Shown here one piece after another: positions 1 to 9,863 of a stretch of 51,223 nt of DNA (position 1 is its first letter; the number at the start of each line of letters is the position of its first letter). The notes below the pieces were generated by a model. The model did not search any database, was not told where the DNA came from, and was given only the letters and a program-made list of their open reading frames with translations. The stretch comes from Candidatus Omnitrophota bacterium (lineage in GTDB: Bacteria > Omnitrophota > Gorgyraeia > 2-01-FULL-45-10): positions 1 to 51,223 of the forward strand of contig JAGVGJ010000029.1 of the NCBI GenBank assembly GCA_020057115.1. Direction: 5' to 3'. Made by a program: the position numbers and the translations under genes.

Positions 1-90
1 GGCTATTCCTCCTTGCCGTATATTATAATCTGTTACCTATGTCCCAAGTCTAGTTTGTTACCTATGATACCAGTTTGTACCATCCTGCAG

Positions 91-220
91 GCCCTCGAAG
101 GGTGGGGTGTCCTGGAGCGACGTCGAAGGCCGCGATCTTTCAACGAAGATCGCGGCCTTCCGAGCGAGCTTTCCTCTGGAAAGTGAGCGTTCGCGTAAGG
201 ACACCCCACCCGAAGAGGGC
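91..220 (+). repeat. Structured palindromic repeat element, copy 1 (possible ncRNA or MITE-like element)
   Basis: The closing stem is GCCCTC-GAA-GGGTGGGGTGTCC ... GGACACCCCACCC-GAA-GAGGGC. Internal hairpins are GAAGGCCGCGATCTT/AAGATCGCGGCCTTC and CTTTCC/GGAAAG. It is homologous to 26851..26989 on the other strand and more distantly to 27111..27306. Confidence 0.7.
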
Positions 221-293
221 TCACGAAAGACCCACCCCAAAAGGTCCGACAGCCTTCACGGGAAGGAAAATTCTACCCTGAAGTTTAAGAATG

Positions 294-1160
294 CTATTTT
301 TTGACCGCGTAGACAGTCATGATGTCCTTCAGATCCACGGACATCCTGAGGTTCTTTAGGGGGGTGGCCGATATGGCCTTGTGGATGGCTTTTGTCAATA
401 TGAACGGATAATACATGGCAAGGCTTGAGGTAAGGTATCCAAGGGTGAAATGACTACCCTCCTTCTCGATCTTAAGGATCTTAAACCCCGCCTTATCCAG
501 CAACAGGTTCATGGTATTCTTGGAGAAATACGAGAGATGCTGGGTCGTATTATAAAGGTGCCAATACTTGCCGCAGGCCTTGGCAAAGAAACTTTCTACA
601 TCACCCGTGGTCATCACGAGAAGCCCGTCATCTTTCATGATGCGGCCGGCCTCCTTCAGGTCCTCTATCGGATCGACCAGATGCTCGACCACATCCCACA
701 TCGTTACAACGTCAAAATACTTATCCTGGAAACCTGCGTCCTTGAGCGTTCCGGTCCTTACGGGGAGCCCGAAGCGGTCTGTCGCATACGAAGAGGCGTA
801 TTCCGAAAGCTCCACGCCCGCGACTTCCCACTCGCGATTGGCGACATTAAGGAAGAACCCGGCGGCGCATCCTACGTCGAGGATCCTGCCCTTCCCGGGC
901 TTGAGATCGACGATCTTCTTGAGACGCCTTTCGGCATTAAACGTCATGGCGCGCTCTTCGAGCATGTAATCGGAGTAGCTTGTTCCCATGCCTTCGGACC
1001 TGAAATATTTCTCCCCGTAAAACTCTTTAAGGTGCGCGTGGCTCGGATCGGCATTGGTGAACTCGAGGCCGCATGATTTGCATTTCACGACGTCAAGATC
1101 GTCTTTTCTGAAGAGTATCCTGGAATCTTTTGAGGAACAGATACGGCAGGGTATTATCAC
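294..1160 (-). CDS. Class I SAM-dependent methyltransferase with N-terminal CxxC..CxxC zinc ribbon
   Basis: N-terminus is CRICSS...CKSCG. The SAM-binding motif ILDVGCAAGFFL is present, followed by DVVTMWDVVEHL. Stop overlaps the upstream GT2 gene by 4 nt. Confidence 0.8.
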   Translation of the reverse strand: MIIPCRICSSKDSRILFRKDDLDVVKCKSCGLEFTNADPSHAHLKEFYGEKYFRSEGMGTSYSDYMLEERAMTFNAERRLKKIVDLKPGKGRILDVGCAAGFFLNVANREWEVAGVELSEYASSYATDRFGLPVRTGTLKDAGFQDKYFDVVTMWDVVEHLVDPIEDLKEAGRIMKDDGLLVMTTGDVESFFAKACGKYWHLYNTTQHLSYFSKNTMNLLLDKAGFKILKIEKEGSHFTLGYLTSSLAMYYPFILTKAIHKAISATPLKNLRMSVDLKDIMTVYAVKK

Positions 1161-2128
1161 TTTTTTATTACCTGTTTTACTCTGTAAACGCGCCTGTCGC
1201 TTACCTTGAAATATATCTTCGAATTTATCTCGGCCAGTATGCCGAATACTATGAACTGCAGTCCGACCAGCATGAGAAATACGGAGAATAGCAGCATGGC
1301 GCTATGGTCTCTTATCGTATTTATTATGCGCACGCACCAGAGTAAGAGCATCCATGCAGATATTGCGAACCCCGAGAAGAAGAGCGCCAGCCCTACGGAG
1401 CCGAACATGCGCAGGGGTTTGGCCATGTAGCTTATGACAAATTTAAGCATGATAATGTCGAGGAGCACCGGCCAGAAACGCTTGATGCCGTAATTTGACT
1501 TGCCTTTGGCCCTGTTGATATTCTTTATAGGTATCTCGATGATGGAGGCGCCCATGTCATTGGCAAGCGCGGGTATATACCTGTGGTAATCGCCGAATAA
1601 CTCGATATTTTTTATGAATTCCTTGCGGTAGGCCTTGTATGTCGTCCCGAAATCATGAATATCGACGCCGGAAACTTTCTGGAGCATCCTGTTCGCTATC
1701 CTGGAAGGCAGCCTTCTTATCAGAAAATTGTCCACCCTCACCTTACGCCAGCCGCTCACTATATCGTACCCGGCCTCGATCTGTTCCATAAATAACGGGA
1801 GATCTGCCGGATCATGCTGCAGGTCGCCGTCCATGGATATTATGATATCGCCTGTCGCCTTGTCGAACCCTGCGGAGAGAGCCGAGCTCTGCCCGTAGTT
1901 CCTGGCGAGCTGGATGACGGTGACTCGCTCATCCTTATTCGCGATATCCGTCATGATCTCGAGAGTTCTGTCCTTCGAACCATCGTCGATGAATATCATC
2001 TCGTAAGGCTTCTTGAACTTCTCGACCTCCGCCTTGAGCCTCGCGTAAAGCTCGAGCGCGTTCGTCTCTTCGTTATATAACGGGACTACCAGTGATATGT
2101 ATGGATCGTTTGTCATTTTTTTATCCAC
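1157..2128 (-). CDS. Family 2 glycosyltransferase (polyprenyl-phosphate glycosyltransferase-like, C-terminal TM helices)
   Basis: ISLVVPLYNEE, IFIDDGSKDRT and SMDGDLQHDP (DxD region) are present. Two hydrophobic helices lie at the C-terminus, as in ArnC/DPM1-like GT2 enzymes. Confidence 0.8.
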   Translation of the reverse strand: MDKKMTNDPYISLVVPLYNEETNALELYARLKAEVEKFKKPYEMIFIDDGSKDRTLEIMTDIANKDERVTVIQLARNYGQSSALSAGFDKATGDIIISMDGDLQHDPADLPLFMEQIEAGYDIVSGWRKVRVDNFLIRRLPSRIANRMLQKVSGVDIHDFGTTYKAYRKEFIKNIELFGDYHRYIPALANDMGASIIEIPIKNINRAKGKSNYGIKRFWPVLLDIIMLKFVISYMAKPLRMFGSVGLALFFSGFAISAWMLLLWCVRIINTIRDHSAMLLFSVFLMLVGLQFIVFGILAEINSKIYFKVSDRRVYRVKQVIKK

Positions 2129-4011
2129 TTATTATACCACATCTGAGCGATAAACAATGCCCAAATCTTCCTTCCATTATCCATCTTCCCGGAAAAATGG
2201 TCTTTAAGGAGCCCGTCGATAAACTGATAATTGAACAACCCGTCCTTTTCGACTGTCGACTTTTCGAATGTCTCCAAAAGACTGTCTTTAAGTCCGGTCT
2301 TGAACCAGCTGCCGACAGGGACCGCAAAACCATGCTTCTTCTTATTGATTATCTCATCCGGCAAGAGACCCTTAAGCGCCTCTTTCATGATATGCTTGGT
2401 CCTTAAACCCTTCAGCTTCAGCTCGTTAGGCACGGTGCCGGCAAAATCGCCCATCTCTTTGTCGAGGAACGGGGCCCGCACTTCAAGGCTTGTCGCCATG
2501 CTGGCCCTGTCGACTTTAGTCAATATGTCGTCGGGAAGATACGTCTTTATATATAAATATTCGACCTTATCCAGGTCGGATATGTCCTTGAAATTGTCAA
2601 AATGCGCGATAGACTCGCTATAGATATTGCGCGGATCAAAAAGCGCCTGGTCCTGAGAGTCGCGGAATAAAAGTCTCTGCTCATCCGGAGGAAATGACCC
2701 TATCCATGTCTGGTGGCGGATCGGGCCGGGGCAATTGACGCCTCTCAAGAACCGCATCGCCTTGAACTGGAGGCTCAGGTAATTGGATCCTCCCGGCAGT
2801 ATCTTCGGAGAGATCTCGGCCAATTTTTTCAAAGGCCGCGGCAGCACGTCATAGAAGCTTGCAAGCCTGTGCGCGACAAAAGAGGGATAGCCCATGAAGA
2901 GCTCGTCTCCCCCGTCCCCTCCGAGCGCCACAGTCACATGCTCCCTGGTAAAAGCCGATACGAGATATGTGGGTATTATCGATGAATCGGCGAAAGGCTC
3001 GTCTATGATATCCAGTATCTTGGGCAGGACCTCCATCATCATGTCGCCATCGACGATCTTCACGTGATGGTCGGTCTTGAAGTGGCGCGCGACAAGGCTG
3101 GCGGAATCAGCCTCATCATATGACTTCTCCTTAAAGCCTATGGAGAATGTCTTGATGTCCGACGGGTCCATCAAGGTCGACATCATAGCCACTACGGCGC
3201 TTGAGTCTATTCCGCCTGATAAAAAAACGCCTAGCGGCACATCGCTTATCAACCGCTTCCTGACGGATTCGCGCAACAGTTCCAGGAAGATATTCTTGGT
3301 CAGTTCGAAATTGCTCTTTCTGTGGGGATCAACATTAAAGTGGAAATCCCAGTAGCGGCGCTTCGTCAGATCGCCGTCCTTGAGAAGAAGATAATGGCCG
3401 GGCTCCAGTTTGCATATCCCCTTTATTATGGTCGAGGGCGAAGGTATGTAGTCATGGGCGAGATATTTGCCAAGAGCGAGCCTATCGACATCCATCTTGA
3501 CTTCGGGGTGTTTATATAAAGATTTGAGTTCCGAGGCAAAGATGAATGTCTTACCGAAAGTAGCATAATATAGCGGCTTCTTGCCGAACCTGTCCCGTGC
3601 GAGGAACAGGCTCTTGTTCCTGTCATCCCATATGGCCAGCGCGAACATGCCGTTAAACTTGTCCAGACAAGCCGGCCCCCACTCCTTATAAGCCTTGAGG
3701 ACGACTTCGGTATCGGATTGGGTAGTGAATGAATGGCCGCGGTTTATAAGCTCCGTCCTGAGCTCAAAGAAATTATAGACTTCGCCGTTATAGACTATTG
3801 TAAGGGACTTGTTCTCGTCGGAGATAGGCTGGTGGCCGTGGGCAAGGTCGATGATGGAGAGCCTGCGGTGTCCCAATGCCACATTATCCTTTATGTGGAA
3901 ACCTTCGTCGTCGGGACCGCGATGACGGATAGCGCACATCATATCTTTTAAGACAGCGCTATCCTGAATGGGTCTTTTGTCTATATTGAGATAACCGCAG
4001 ATACCGCACAT
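2113..4011 (-). CDS. asnB: Asparagine synthase (glutamine-hydrolysing) family amidotransferase
   Basis: MCGI N-terminal nucleophile (Ntn GATase II). SGGIDSS PP-loop. 632 aa. It sits inside a glycan cluster, so a sugar-amidating role is possible. Confidence 0.85.
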   Translation of the reverse strand: MCGICGYLNIDKRPIQDSAVLKDMMCAIRHRGPDDEGFHIKDNVALGHRRLSIIDLAHGHQPISDENKSLTIVYNGEVYNFFELRTELINRGHSFTTQSDTEVVLKAYKEWGPACLDKFNGMFALAIWDDRNKSLFLARDRFGKKPLYYATFGKTFIFASELKSLYKHPEVKMDVDRLALGKYLAHDYIPSPSTIIKGICKLEPGHYLLLKDGDLTKRRYWDFHFNVDPHRKSNFELTKNIFLELLRESVRKRLISDVPLGVFLSGGIDSSAVVAMMSTLMDPSDIKTFSIGFKEKSYDEADSASLVARHFKTDHHVKIVDGDMMMEVLPKILDIIDEPFADSSIIPTYLVSAFTREHVTVALGGDGGDELFMGYPSFVAHRLASFYDVLPRPLKKLAEISPKILPGGSNYLSLQFKAMRFLRGVNCPGPIRHQTWIGSFPPDEQRLLFRDSQDQALFDPRNIYSESIAHFDNFKDISDLDKVEYLYIKTYLPDDILTKVDRASMATSLEVRAPFLDKEMGDFAGTVPNELKLKGLRTKHIMKEALKGLLPDEIINKKKHGFAVPVGSWFKTGLKDSLLETFEKSTVEKDGLFNYQFIDGLLKDHFSGKMDNGRKIWALFIAQMWYNKWIKK

Positions 4012-4029
4012 AGATTTGCTGTTGGCCTT

Positions 4030-4956
4030 TTATTTGAATGAGGGGATCGTGTTCTCGAGGCCTTCCTCTATCTGGACCTTGGGATGCCACTTAAGGAGCC
4101 TTTTCGCCTTCCCGATATCGGGGCAGCGGACCTTCGGGTCATCGACGGGAAGGACTTCATAGACGATCTTACTTTCCGAGCCGGTAAGTCTTATTATCAG
4201 TTTCGCGAGTTTTAAAAGCGACATCTCGTTCGGATTGCCTATATTGACAGGCTCGTGCTCTTTCGACAAGAGAAGTTTGTATATCCCGGCTATCAGGTCT
4301 GATGCATAGCAGAAACTTCTCGTCTGCTTTCCGGAACCATACATAGTTATGGGCCTGTCTTTAAGCGCCTGCGAGAGAAAGTTCGGTATCGCGCGGCCGT
4401 CATTGCCGCGCATCCTGGGGCCGTATGTATTGAATATCCGGACTATCTTCGTATCGACGCTGTGATAACGGTTATACGCCATCGTGATCGCCTCGGCGAA
4501 ACGCTTCGCTTCGTCATACACGCCGCGCGGGCCGATAGGGTTGACATTGCCCCAGTACTTTTCTGGCTGAGGATTTACAAGCGGGTCGCCGTAAACTTCG
4601 CTCGTCGAGGCGAGGAGGAATTTACACCTCTTGGCAAGGGCAAGACCAAGAGCATTGTGCGTGCCGAGGGCGCCGACTTTTAGGGTCGGGATCGGATATT
4701 TCAAATAATCAGCAGGGCTTGCCGGAGACGCAAAATGGAGTATCGCGAAAAGGTCGCCCTTAAGATCGATATATTCGGTGACATTATGTTTTATGAATTT
4801 GAAGTCTTTGTTCTTCAGGTTGTGGGCGATATTCTTCATCTTTCCCGTCAGAAGATTATCCATGACTATTACCTGATAACCTTTCGAGAGGAAGAGATCG
4901 GATAGATGCGAGCCTATGAACCCGGCGCCGCCGGTGATAAGAACGCGTTTTTTCAT
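4030..4956 (-). CDS. UDP-glucuronate decarboxylase (UDP-xylose synthase)-like SDR
   Basis: [12 protein letters not shown] Rossmann motif. STSEVYG and YDEAKR catalytic motifs typical of the UXS/ArnA-decarboxylase family. Confidence 0.7.
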   Translation of the reverse strand: MKKRVLITGGAGFIGSHLSDLFLSKGYQVIVMDNLLTGKMKNIAHNLKNKDFKFIKHNVTEYIDLKGDLFAILHFASPASPADYLKYPIPTLKVGALGTHNALGLALAKRCKFLLASTSEVYGDPLVNPQPEKYWGNVNPIGPRGVYDEAKRFAEAITMAYNRYHSVDTKIVRIFNTYGPRMRGNDGRAIPNFLSQALKDRPITMYGSGKQTRSFCYASDLIAGIYKLLLSKEHEPVNIGNPNEMSLLKLAKLIIRLTGSESKIVYEVLPVDDPKVRCPDIGKAKRLLKWHPKVQIEEGLENTIPSFK

Positions 4957-5897
4957 TTAGATTTGCCTTTTTTCAGGAACCACTCAGCTGTGCGATTCAG
5001 GCCCTCTTCGAACTTGACCAGCTTCTTCATCCCCAACCGCCTCTTCATTTTGCTCACATTGGCATAGGTGGTCCTGACATCGCCGCGCCTCTTAGGCGCG
5101 AACTTCGGTCTTATATTCGTCCCGAGGATCTTATTGAGTATCCTTACTATATCAAGCACCGATATCGACATGCCGCAAGCTACATTAAAGACTTCCCCGG
5201 ATATCCCGGGCACCACGCAGGCCCTCAAATTCGCCTGGACAACATTACCTACATAAGTAAAGTCCCTGGCCTGTTTGCCGTCCCACTCTACTATGGGCTG
5301 GTTTCCCTTAGCCATTGCAAATAGAAAGGCCGGAACGACCGCGGAATATTTGGATTCGGGGTTCTGCCTTGGGCCGAATACATTAAAATACCTTAAAGAC
5401 ACTGTCTCTAGGCCGAATGTCTCCGAAAATGTTACGCAATAGTTCTCTGCGGCCAGTTTAGAGACGCCGTAAGGCGATATGGGACTGGGATAGTCGGTCT
5501 CGACCTGCGGGAAGCGCTTCACGTCGCCATATGCCGAGCTCGAAGAAGCGTATACCACGCGCTTTACCCCGAACTTCTTGGCTGCCATGAGGAGATTGAG
5601 CGTGCCGGAAATATTTATGTCATTTGTCGTGAAAGGATCGTCCACGGATTTCGGGACCGAACGCAAGGCCGCTTGATGTATAACGTAATCTACGCCCTTA
5701 AGGGCCTTTGCGAGCGCCCTCTGATCCCTGATGTCGCCCTTCACAAGCTTTATCTTATTCTTAAAAGGCGCTAGATTCTCTTTTTTGCCTGTGATGAAAC
5801 TGTCCAGGACAACCACCTTCTGTCCGCGCTTTACCAGCTCCTCAACGATGTTAGAGCCTATGAACCCGGCGCCGCCGGTAACCAGATATTTAGCCAT
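4953..5897 (-). CDS. NAD-dependent nucleotide-sugar epimerase (WbpP/TviC-like UDP-GlcNAc(A) 4-epimerase)
   Basis: [23 protein letters not shown] and YGVSKL (SYK triad) are present. It is adjacent to a TviB/WbpA-like dehydrogenase. Confidence 0.65.
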   Translation of the reverse strand: MAKYLVTGGAGFIGSNIVEELVKRGQKVVVLDSFITGKKENLAPFKNKIKLVKGDIRDQRALAKALKGVDYVIHQAALRSVPKSVDDPFTTNDINISGTLNLLMAAKKFGVKRVVYASSSSAYGDVKRFPQVETDYPSPISPYGVSKLAAENYCVTFSETFGLETVSLRYFNVFGPRQNPESKYSAVVPAFLFAMAKGNQPIVEWDGKQARDFTYVGNVVQANLRACVVPGISGEVFNVACGMSISVLDIVRILNKILGTNIRPKFAPKRRGDVRTTYANVSKMKRRLGMKKLVKFEEGLNRTAEWFLKKGKSK

Positions 5898-5918
5898 ATT
5901 CTCCTCTGTTGTGACCTT

Positions 5919-7223
5919 TTACAGCCTTACGATATTTTTTCTGTTGCTTATACCTTTAAGCGTGTTCCTTGTATCAACCACAACCCTGGCATTCTTCGCT
6001 ATCATTCCGTATTCAAGCCCGGTGTGGTCTGTGATTATGACCACGCAGTCCGCTGACTTCACCGCGTCTTTGGTCAGGGCTACGGATTTCAAATTTATGT
6101 CATTCCATTTTAGATACGGCAACAACGGGTCATGGTAAGAGACCTTGGCGCCTTTTTTATCCAAAAGCTCGATTATCTCAAGGGCCGGGGATTCGCGCAG
6201 GTCTTTTACATCCTTCTTGTAAGCCGCGCCTATGCACAATACCTTCGAGCCCTTCAGCGGCTTGTTGCGGGAGTTTAAAGCGCCTATCACTTTATCGACG
6301 ACATAGTGCGGCATCTGCGAATTGACATGAGAAGCCAGGTCTATGAAGCGCGCCTCAAAACCATGCCCTCTCGCCTTCCATGAAAGATATATCGGGTCGA
6401 CCGGTATGCAATGCCCGCCTACGCCGGGCCCGGGATAGAAAGGCATGAAACCGTATGGCTTGGTCTTTGCCGCATCTATGACCTCCCAGGCGTCTATGCC
6501 AAGCTTGTCGCACATGAGCAGTATTTCATTCACGAGGCCTATATTCACTATGCGGAAGGTGTTCTCAAGAAGCTTCACCATCTCCGCCACTTTTGCCGAC
6601 GACACCGGAACGATCTTTTCTATCACCTGCTCATAGAGAGCCTTGGCAAGCTCCGTTGATCCCGCAGAGATCCCGCCTATGATCTTCGGGGTGTTCTCAG
6701 TCTTATATTTATCATTACCCGGGTCTATCCTCTCGGGAGAGAATGCCAGGAAGAAGTCTTTCCCCTCTTTCATCCCTTCCGATTCAAGCACCGGAAGCAT
6801 CACCTCTTCCGTAGTCCCGGGATATGTCGTCGATTCAAGCACCACGATCTGTCCGCGCTTCATATATCTCTTGATGTTCTCAACGGCAGCTACGATGTAT
6901 GAGACATCCGGCTCCTTGGTCTTGTTGAGAGGCGTCGGAACGCATATGATAACAGCGTCGCATTCTTTTATCACGCTGAAATCGGTCGTGGCGACCATCA
7001 TCTTTGACTTCGTCACTTCCGTCATGTCCTTTACGGGAACGTCGAGTATGTATGTCACGCCTTTATTGACACGGCTCACCCTGTCCTTGTCGATATCTAT
7101 GCCATATACCTTGAACCCGCCCTTCGCGAAAGTGACTGCGAGCGGGAGGCCGACGTAACCCAGGCCTATGATCCCGACCTTCGCCTTTCGGTTGAGTATC
7201 TTATCCTTCAATTCCTTGATCAT
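5919..7223 (-). CDS. UDP-N-acetyl-hexosamine 6-dehydrogenase (WbpA/TviB/WecC family)
   Basis: KVGIIGLGYVGLPLA and GGHCIPVDP catalytic Cys motif. I moved the start to the internal ATG at 7223 (MIKELKDK) because AAGGAAAGGAAG lies just upstream. The track ORF begins at 7280. Confidence 0.8.
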   Translation of the reverse strand: MIKELKDKILNRKAKVGIIGLGYVGLPLAVTFAKGGFKVYGIDIDKDRVSRVNKGVTYILDVPVKDMTEVTKSKMMVATTDFSVIKECDAVIICVPTPLNKTKEPDVSYIVAAVENIKRYMKRGQIVVLESTTYPGTTEEVMLPVLESEGMKEGKDFFLAFSPERIDPGNDKYKTENTPKIIGGISAGSTELAKALYEQVIEKIVPVSSAKVAEMVKLLENTFRIVNIGLVNEILLMCDKLGIDAWEVIDAAKTKPYGFMPFYPGPGVGGHCIPVDPIYLSWKARGHGFEARFIDLASHVNSQMPHYVVDKVIGALNSRNKPLKGSKVLCIGAAYKKDVKDLRESPALEIIELLDKKGAKVSYHDPLLPYLKWNDINLKSVALTKDAVKSADCVVIITDHTGLEYGMIAKNARVVVDTRNTLKGISNRKNIVRL

Positions 7224-7246
7224 GACTCTTCCTTTCCTTAAAAAAT

Positions 7247-8149
7247 TTAAGAGAGATATTCTTTTAACGCGCGATCCCACGCGCGCATATCATATCCTGT
7301 AAACTTTTTGAATTTAGCACAATCCATGACTGACATAGCCGGGCGTTTCGCCGGCCTTCGGAGCTCTTTCGATGATATTGGGATTACCTTCGTCTTTGAG
7401 CCAGCCAATCTCAGTATCTTCTTCGCGTACTCGCACCAGGACACAGCTCCCGAATTCGAAACATGATATATTCCGTGTTGCGTGTTGCGTGTTGCGTGTT
7501 GCGTAAAAAATTTATCCAGCAATGCGTGGATCGCTTCCGCCAGGTCTTTGGTAAATGTCGGAGAACCGACCTGGTCATCCACAACCTTCAGGACCTTTTC
7601 TGTCTTCGCCTTTGCGATGATGGTGTCTACGAAATTCTTGCCGTTCTTACCATAAAGCCAGCTTGTGCGAATGATGAAGTAATTTTTCAATATATTCTTT
7701 ATGGCGAGCTCACCTTTAAGCTTCGAATCGCCATAAATGCTGAGCGGCGCAGGCCTGTCTGATTCTTTATAAGGCGCATTTTTCTTGCCGTTAAATACAA
7801 AATCGGTGCTTATGAACACCATGACAGCATTTACATTTTTGCAGGCAAGGGTAACATTCTTAGCGCCTTCAGCGTTTACTTTATAAGCTTTCTTCGGTTC
7901 CCTTTCGCACCCGTCGACATCCGTGTAAGCCGCCGCATGTATCACTGCATCCGGCTTTACCTTCGCAATCGCCGCCATCACGGCATTTTTATCCGTAATA
8001 TCACATTCTATAAATCTATGCACTACGGACTTCGGACTACGAACTACGTCAGCCCCTGTCAGTTCGTAATCCTTCTTCAATTCCTGTGAAAGATCGATCC
8101 CGAGCATTCCGCTCGAGCCTGTTATCAATATTTTATATTTTTTCGGCAT
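7247..8149 (-). CDS. rfbD: dTDP-4-dehydrorhamnose reductase
   Basis: ILITGSSGMLG and YGDSKLKGE are present, and the gene is next to rfbB. Start taken at MPKKYK (8149) rather than 8170. It contains two 4x7-nt repeat arrays (7475..7502, 8022..8049). Confidence 0.85.
   Translation of the reverse strand: MPKKYKILITGSSGMLGIDLSQELKKDYELTGADVVRSPKSVVHRFIECDITDKNAVMAAIAKVKPDAVIHAAAYTDVDGCEREPKKAYKVNAEGAKNVTLACKNVNAVMVFISTDFVFNGKKNAPYKESDRPAPLSIYGDSKLKGELAIKNILKNYFIIRTSWLYGKNGKNFVDTIIAKAKTEKVLKVVDDQVGSPTFTKDLAEAIHALLDKFFTQHATRNTQHGIYHVSNSGAVSWCEYAKKILRLAGSKTKVIPISSKELRRPAKRPAMSVMDCAKFKKFTGYDMRAWDRALKEYLS
7475..7502. repeat. Tandem heptamer array (GTGTTGC)x4, followed by GTAAAAAATTTAT
   Basis: Four perfect units, counted directly. 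It lies inside rfbD and encodes ..[10 protein letters not shown]... Confidence 0.95.
8022..8049. repeat. Degenerate heptamer array ACTACGG/ACTTCGG/ACTACGA/ACTACGT (4 units)
   Basis: Counted directly. It lies inside the rfbD N-terminal region and encodes ..VVRSPKSVVH... Confidence 0.8.
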
Positions 8150-9105
8150 GCGACCAGTTTTTCCCACCACTGCTGGTTATTCTTATACCAGTCTATCGTG
8201 AGCTCAAGCGCCTTTTTAAAATCGTGTCTCGGAGCCCATCCCAGCTCTCTTATTTTCGAAATGTCCAGAGAATAGCGCCTGTCATGACCGGGTCTATCTT
8301 TTACGAACTCGATCATGCTCTTGTCCTTGCCCATCGTCTCCAGGATATAAGTCGTGAGCTCCATGTTGGTTATCTCTTTGCCGCCGCCGATATTATATAT
8401 CTCGCCGTCTTTACCTTTATGTATAACGACGTCTATCGCCTCGCAATTATCCGTGACGAAGAGCCAATCCCTCATGTTCATTCCGTCCCCGTACATGGGA
8501 ACTTTTTTACCGTGAAGGACATTAGATACGAAGAGAGGTATGACCTTCTCGGGATATTGATACGGCCCGAAATTGTTGGAGCTCCTGGTTATGACTACAG
8601 GAAGCCCGAAGGTGATGAAGTATGACCTGGCAAGGAGGTCACCCGAAGCTTTTGACGCCGAATAAGGACTGTTCGGCTTGAGAGGATCCGTCTCTCTGAA
8701 CGAGCCGTCGAGGATACTGCCATACACCTCGTCGGTCGATATCTGGATATAGCGCGATATGGAGAACTTCTTTGCGGCCTCCAAGAGCGCATAGGTCCCG
8801 AAAACATTCGTCCTGACGAAACTCGCAGGGTCCTCGATCGATCTGTCGACATGCGTCTCAGCTGCGAAATTCACGATGATGTCGCAATCCTTTACAAGCT
8901 TATTTACAAATTCCTCGTCGGCGATATCGCCTTTCGCGAACACGTAATTCTTATTCTTCTCGATATCTTTCAGATTATCGAGATTACCGCAGTAGGTCAG
9001 CTTATCCAGGTTCGTTATGCGGTAATCCTTGTATTTGGCAAGGATGTGCCTGATAAAATTGGAGCCGATGAACCCGGCCCCGCCCGTAACGAGTATTCTC
9101 TTCAT
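8125..9105 (-). CDS. rfbB: dTDP-glucose 4,6-dehydratase
   Basis: [19 protein letters not shown] and YSASKA motifs. 326 aa. Confidence 0.9.
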   Translation of the reverse strand: MKRILVTGGAGFIGSNFIRHILAKYKDYRITNLDKLTYCGNLDNLKDIEKNKNYVFAKGDIADEEFVNKLVKDCDIIVNFAAETHVDRSIEDPASFVRTNVFGTYALLEAAKKFSISRYIQISTDEVYGSILDGSFRETDPLKPNSPYSASKASGDLLARSYFITFGLPVVITRSSNNFGPYQYPEKVIPLFVSNVLHGKKVPMYGDGMNMRDWLFVTDNCEAIDVVIHKGKDGEIYNIGGGKEITNMELTTYILETMGKDKSMIEFVKDRPGHDRRYSLDISKIRELGWAPRHDFKKALELTIDWYKNNQQWWEKLVACRKNIKY

Positions 9106-9119
9106 GGGATATCCCGGTA

Positions 9120-9860
9120 TTACGTTTTACGCTTACGGCCTGAATCTTTTGCAACGAGGTTATTGGCTCTCAACAATGAATCGAATGTCCCGGAATCCGT
9201 CCACCAGCCGCCGAGGATGCCGTATGTGATCTCGCCCTTCTTGATATAAGCGTTATTCACATCCGTTATCTCCAGCTCCCCGCGCTTGGACGGCCTCAAA
9301 TTCTTCACTATGTCAAAGACCTGGTTATCATACATATAGATCCCCGTGACCGCATAATCTGACTTGGGTTTTCTGGGCTTCTCTTCGATCGCAACTATCT
9401 TCCCCTCTTTGAGCTCGGCAACGCCGAACCTCTCCGGGTCAGAGACCTTTTTCAAGAGGAGCTTCGCGCCCCTGGGCTCTTTCCTAAAATCATCGACATA
9501 CTTCTTGATGCTCTTCTGTATGATATTGTCTCCCAGCATAACGACGATCTTGTCATTGCCGGCAAAGTGCTTTGCAAGGCCTAAAGCTTCGGCGATCCCG
9601 CCCTCGCCTTCCTGGTATGCGTAGTTTATGTGGTTTAGGCCAAATTCGGAGCCATTGCCGAGAAGCCTTAAGAAATCTCCGGCATTCCTGCCGCCTGTGA
9701 CGATCAATATCTCCTCGATACCCGCTCCGACCAGAGTCTCGAGGGGATAATATATCATGGGCTTACAATATATCGGCAATAGGTGCTTATTGGTTATCTT
9801 CGTAAGCGGCGAAAGCCTCGTCCCGAGGCCTCCTGCCAGTATTACGCCCTTAATAGCCAT
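9120..9860 (-). CDS. rfbA: Glucose-1-phosphate thymidylyltransferase (short form)
   Basis: GVILAGGLGTRLSPLTKITNKHLLPIYCKPMIYYPLETL closely follows the RmlA N-terminal signature. Confidence 0.8.
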   Translation of the reverse strand: MAIKGVILAGGLGTRLSPLTKITNKHLLPIYCKPMIYYPLETLVGAGIEEILIVTGGRNAGDFLRLLGNGSEFGLNHINYAYQEGEGGIAEALGLAKHFAGNDKIVVMLGDNIIQKSIKKYVDDFRKEPRGAKLLLKKVSDPERFGVAELKEGKIVAIEEKPRKPKSDYAVTGIYMYDNQVFDIVKNLRPSKRGELEITDVNNAYIKKGEITYGILGGWWTDSGTFDSLLRANNLVAKDSGRKRKT

Positions 9861-9863
9861 GGC

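Noticed and set aside
31-82. Direct repeats TGTTACCTATG (31..41 and 56..66) and a partial third (AGTTTGTACCA, 72..82) at the left edge
   Set aside because: There are only two and a half copies and the region is cut by the window edge. I cannot tell whether it is an operator, an element end or chance.
450-1076. Long antisense ORFs. This one is an example; others are 13615..14328(+), 23908..24543(+), 35396..36028(-, alternative frame), 37626..38234(+) and 38235..38852(+).
   Set aside because: Each lies within a confidently identified gene, on the opposite strand or in another frame. None has a recognisable motif, and their compositions are low-complexity. They are typical shadow ORFs.
7224-7280. 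Upstream in-frame ATGs extending the WbpA-like (7280), rfbD (8170), ugd (11626), miaA (29629) and TM-protein (41842) ORFs
   Set aside because: The extensions are non-conserved-looking. They overlap upstream genes or promoter elements, and internal starts with better Shine-Dalgarno sequences give canonical N-termini.
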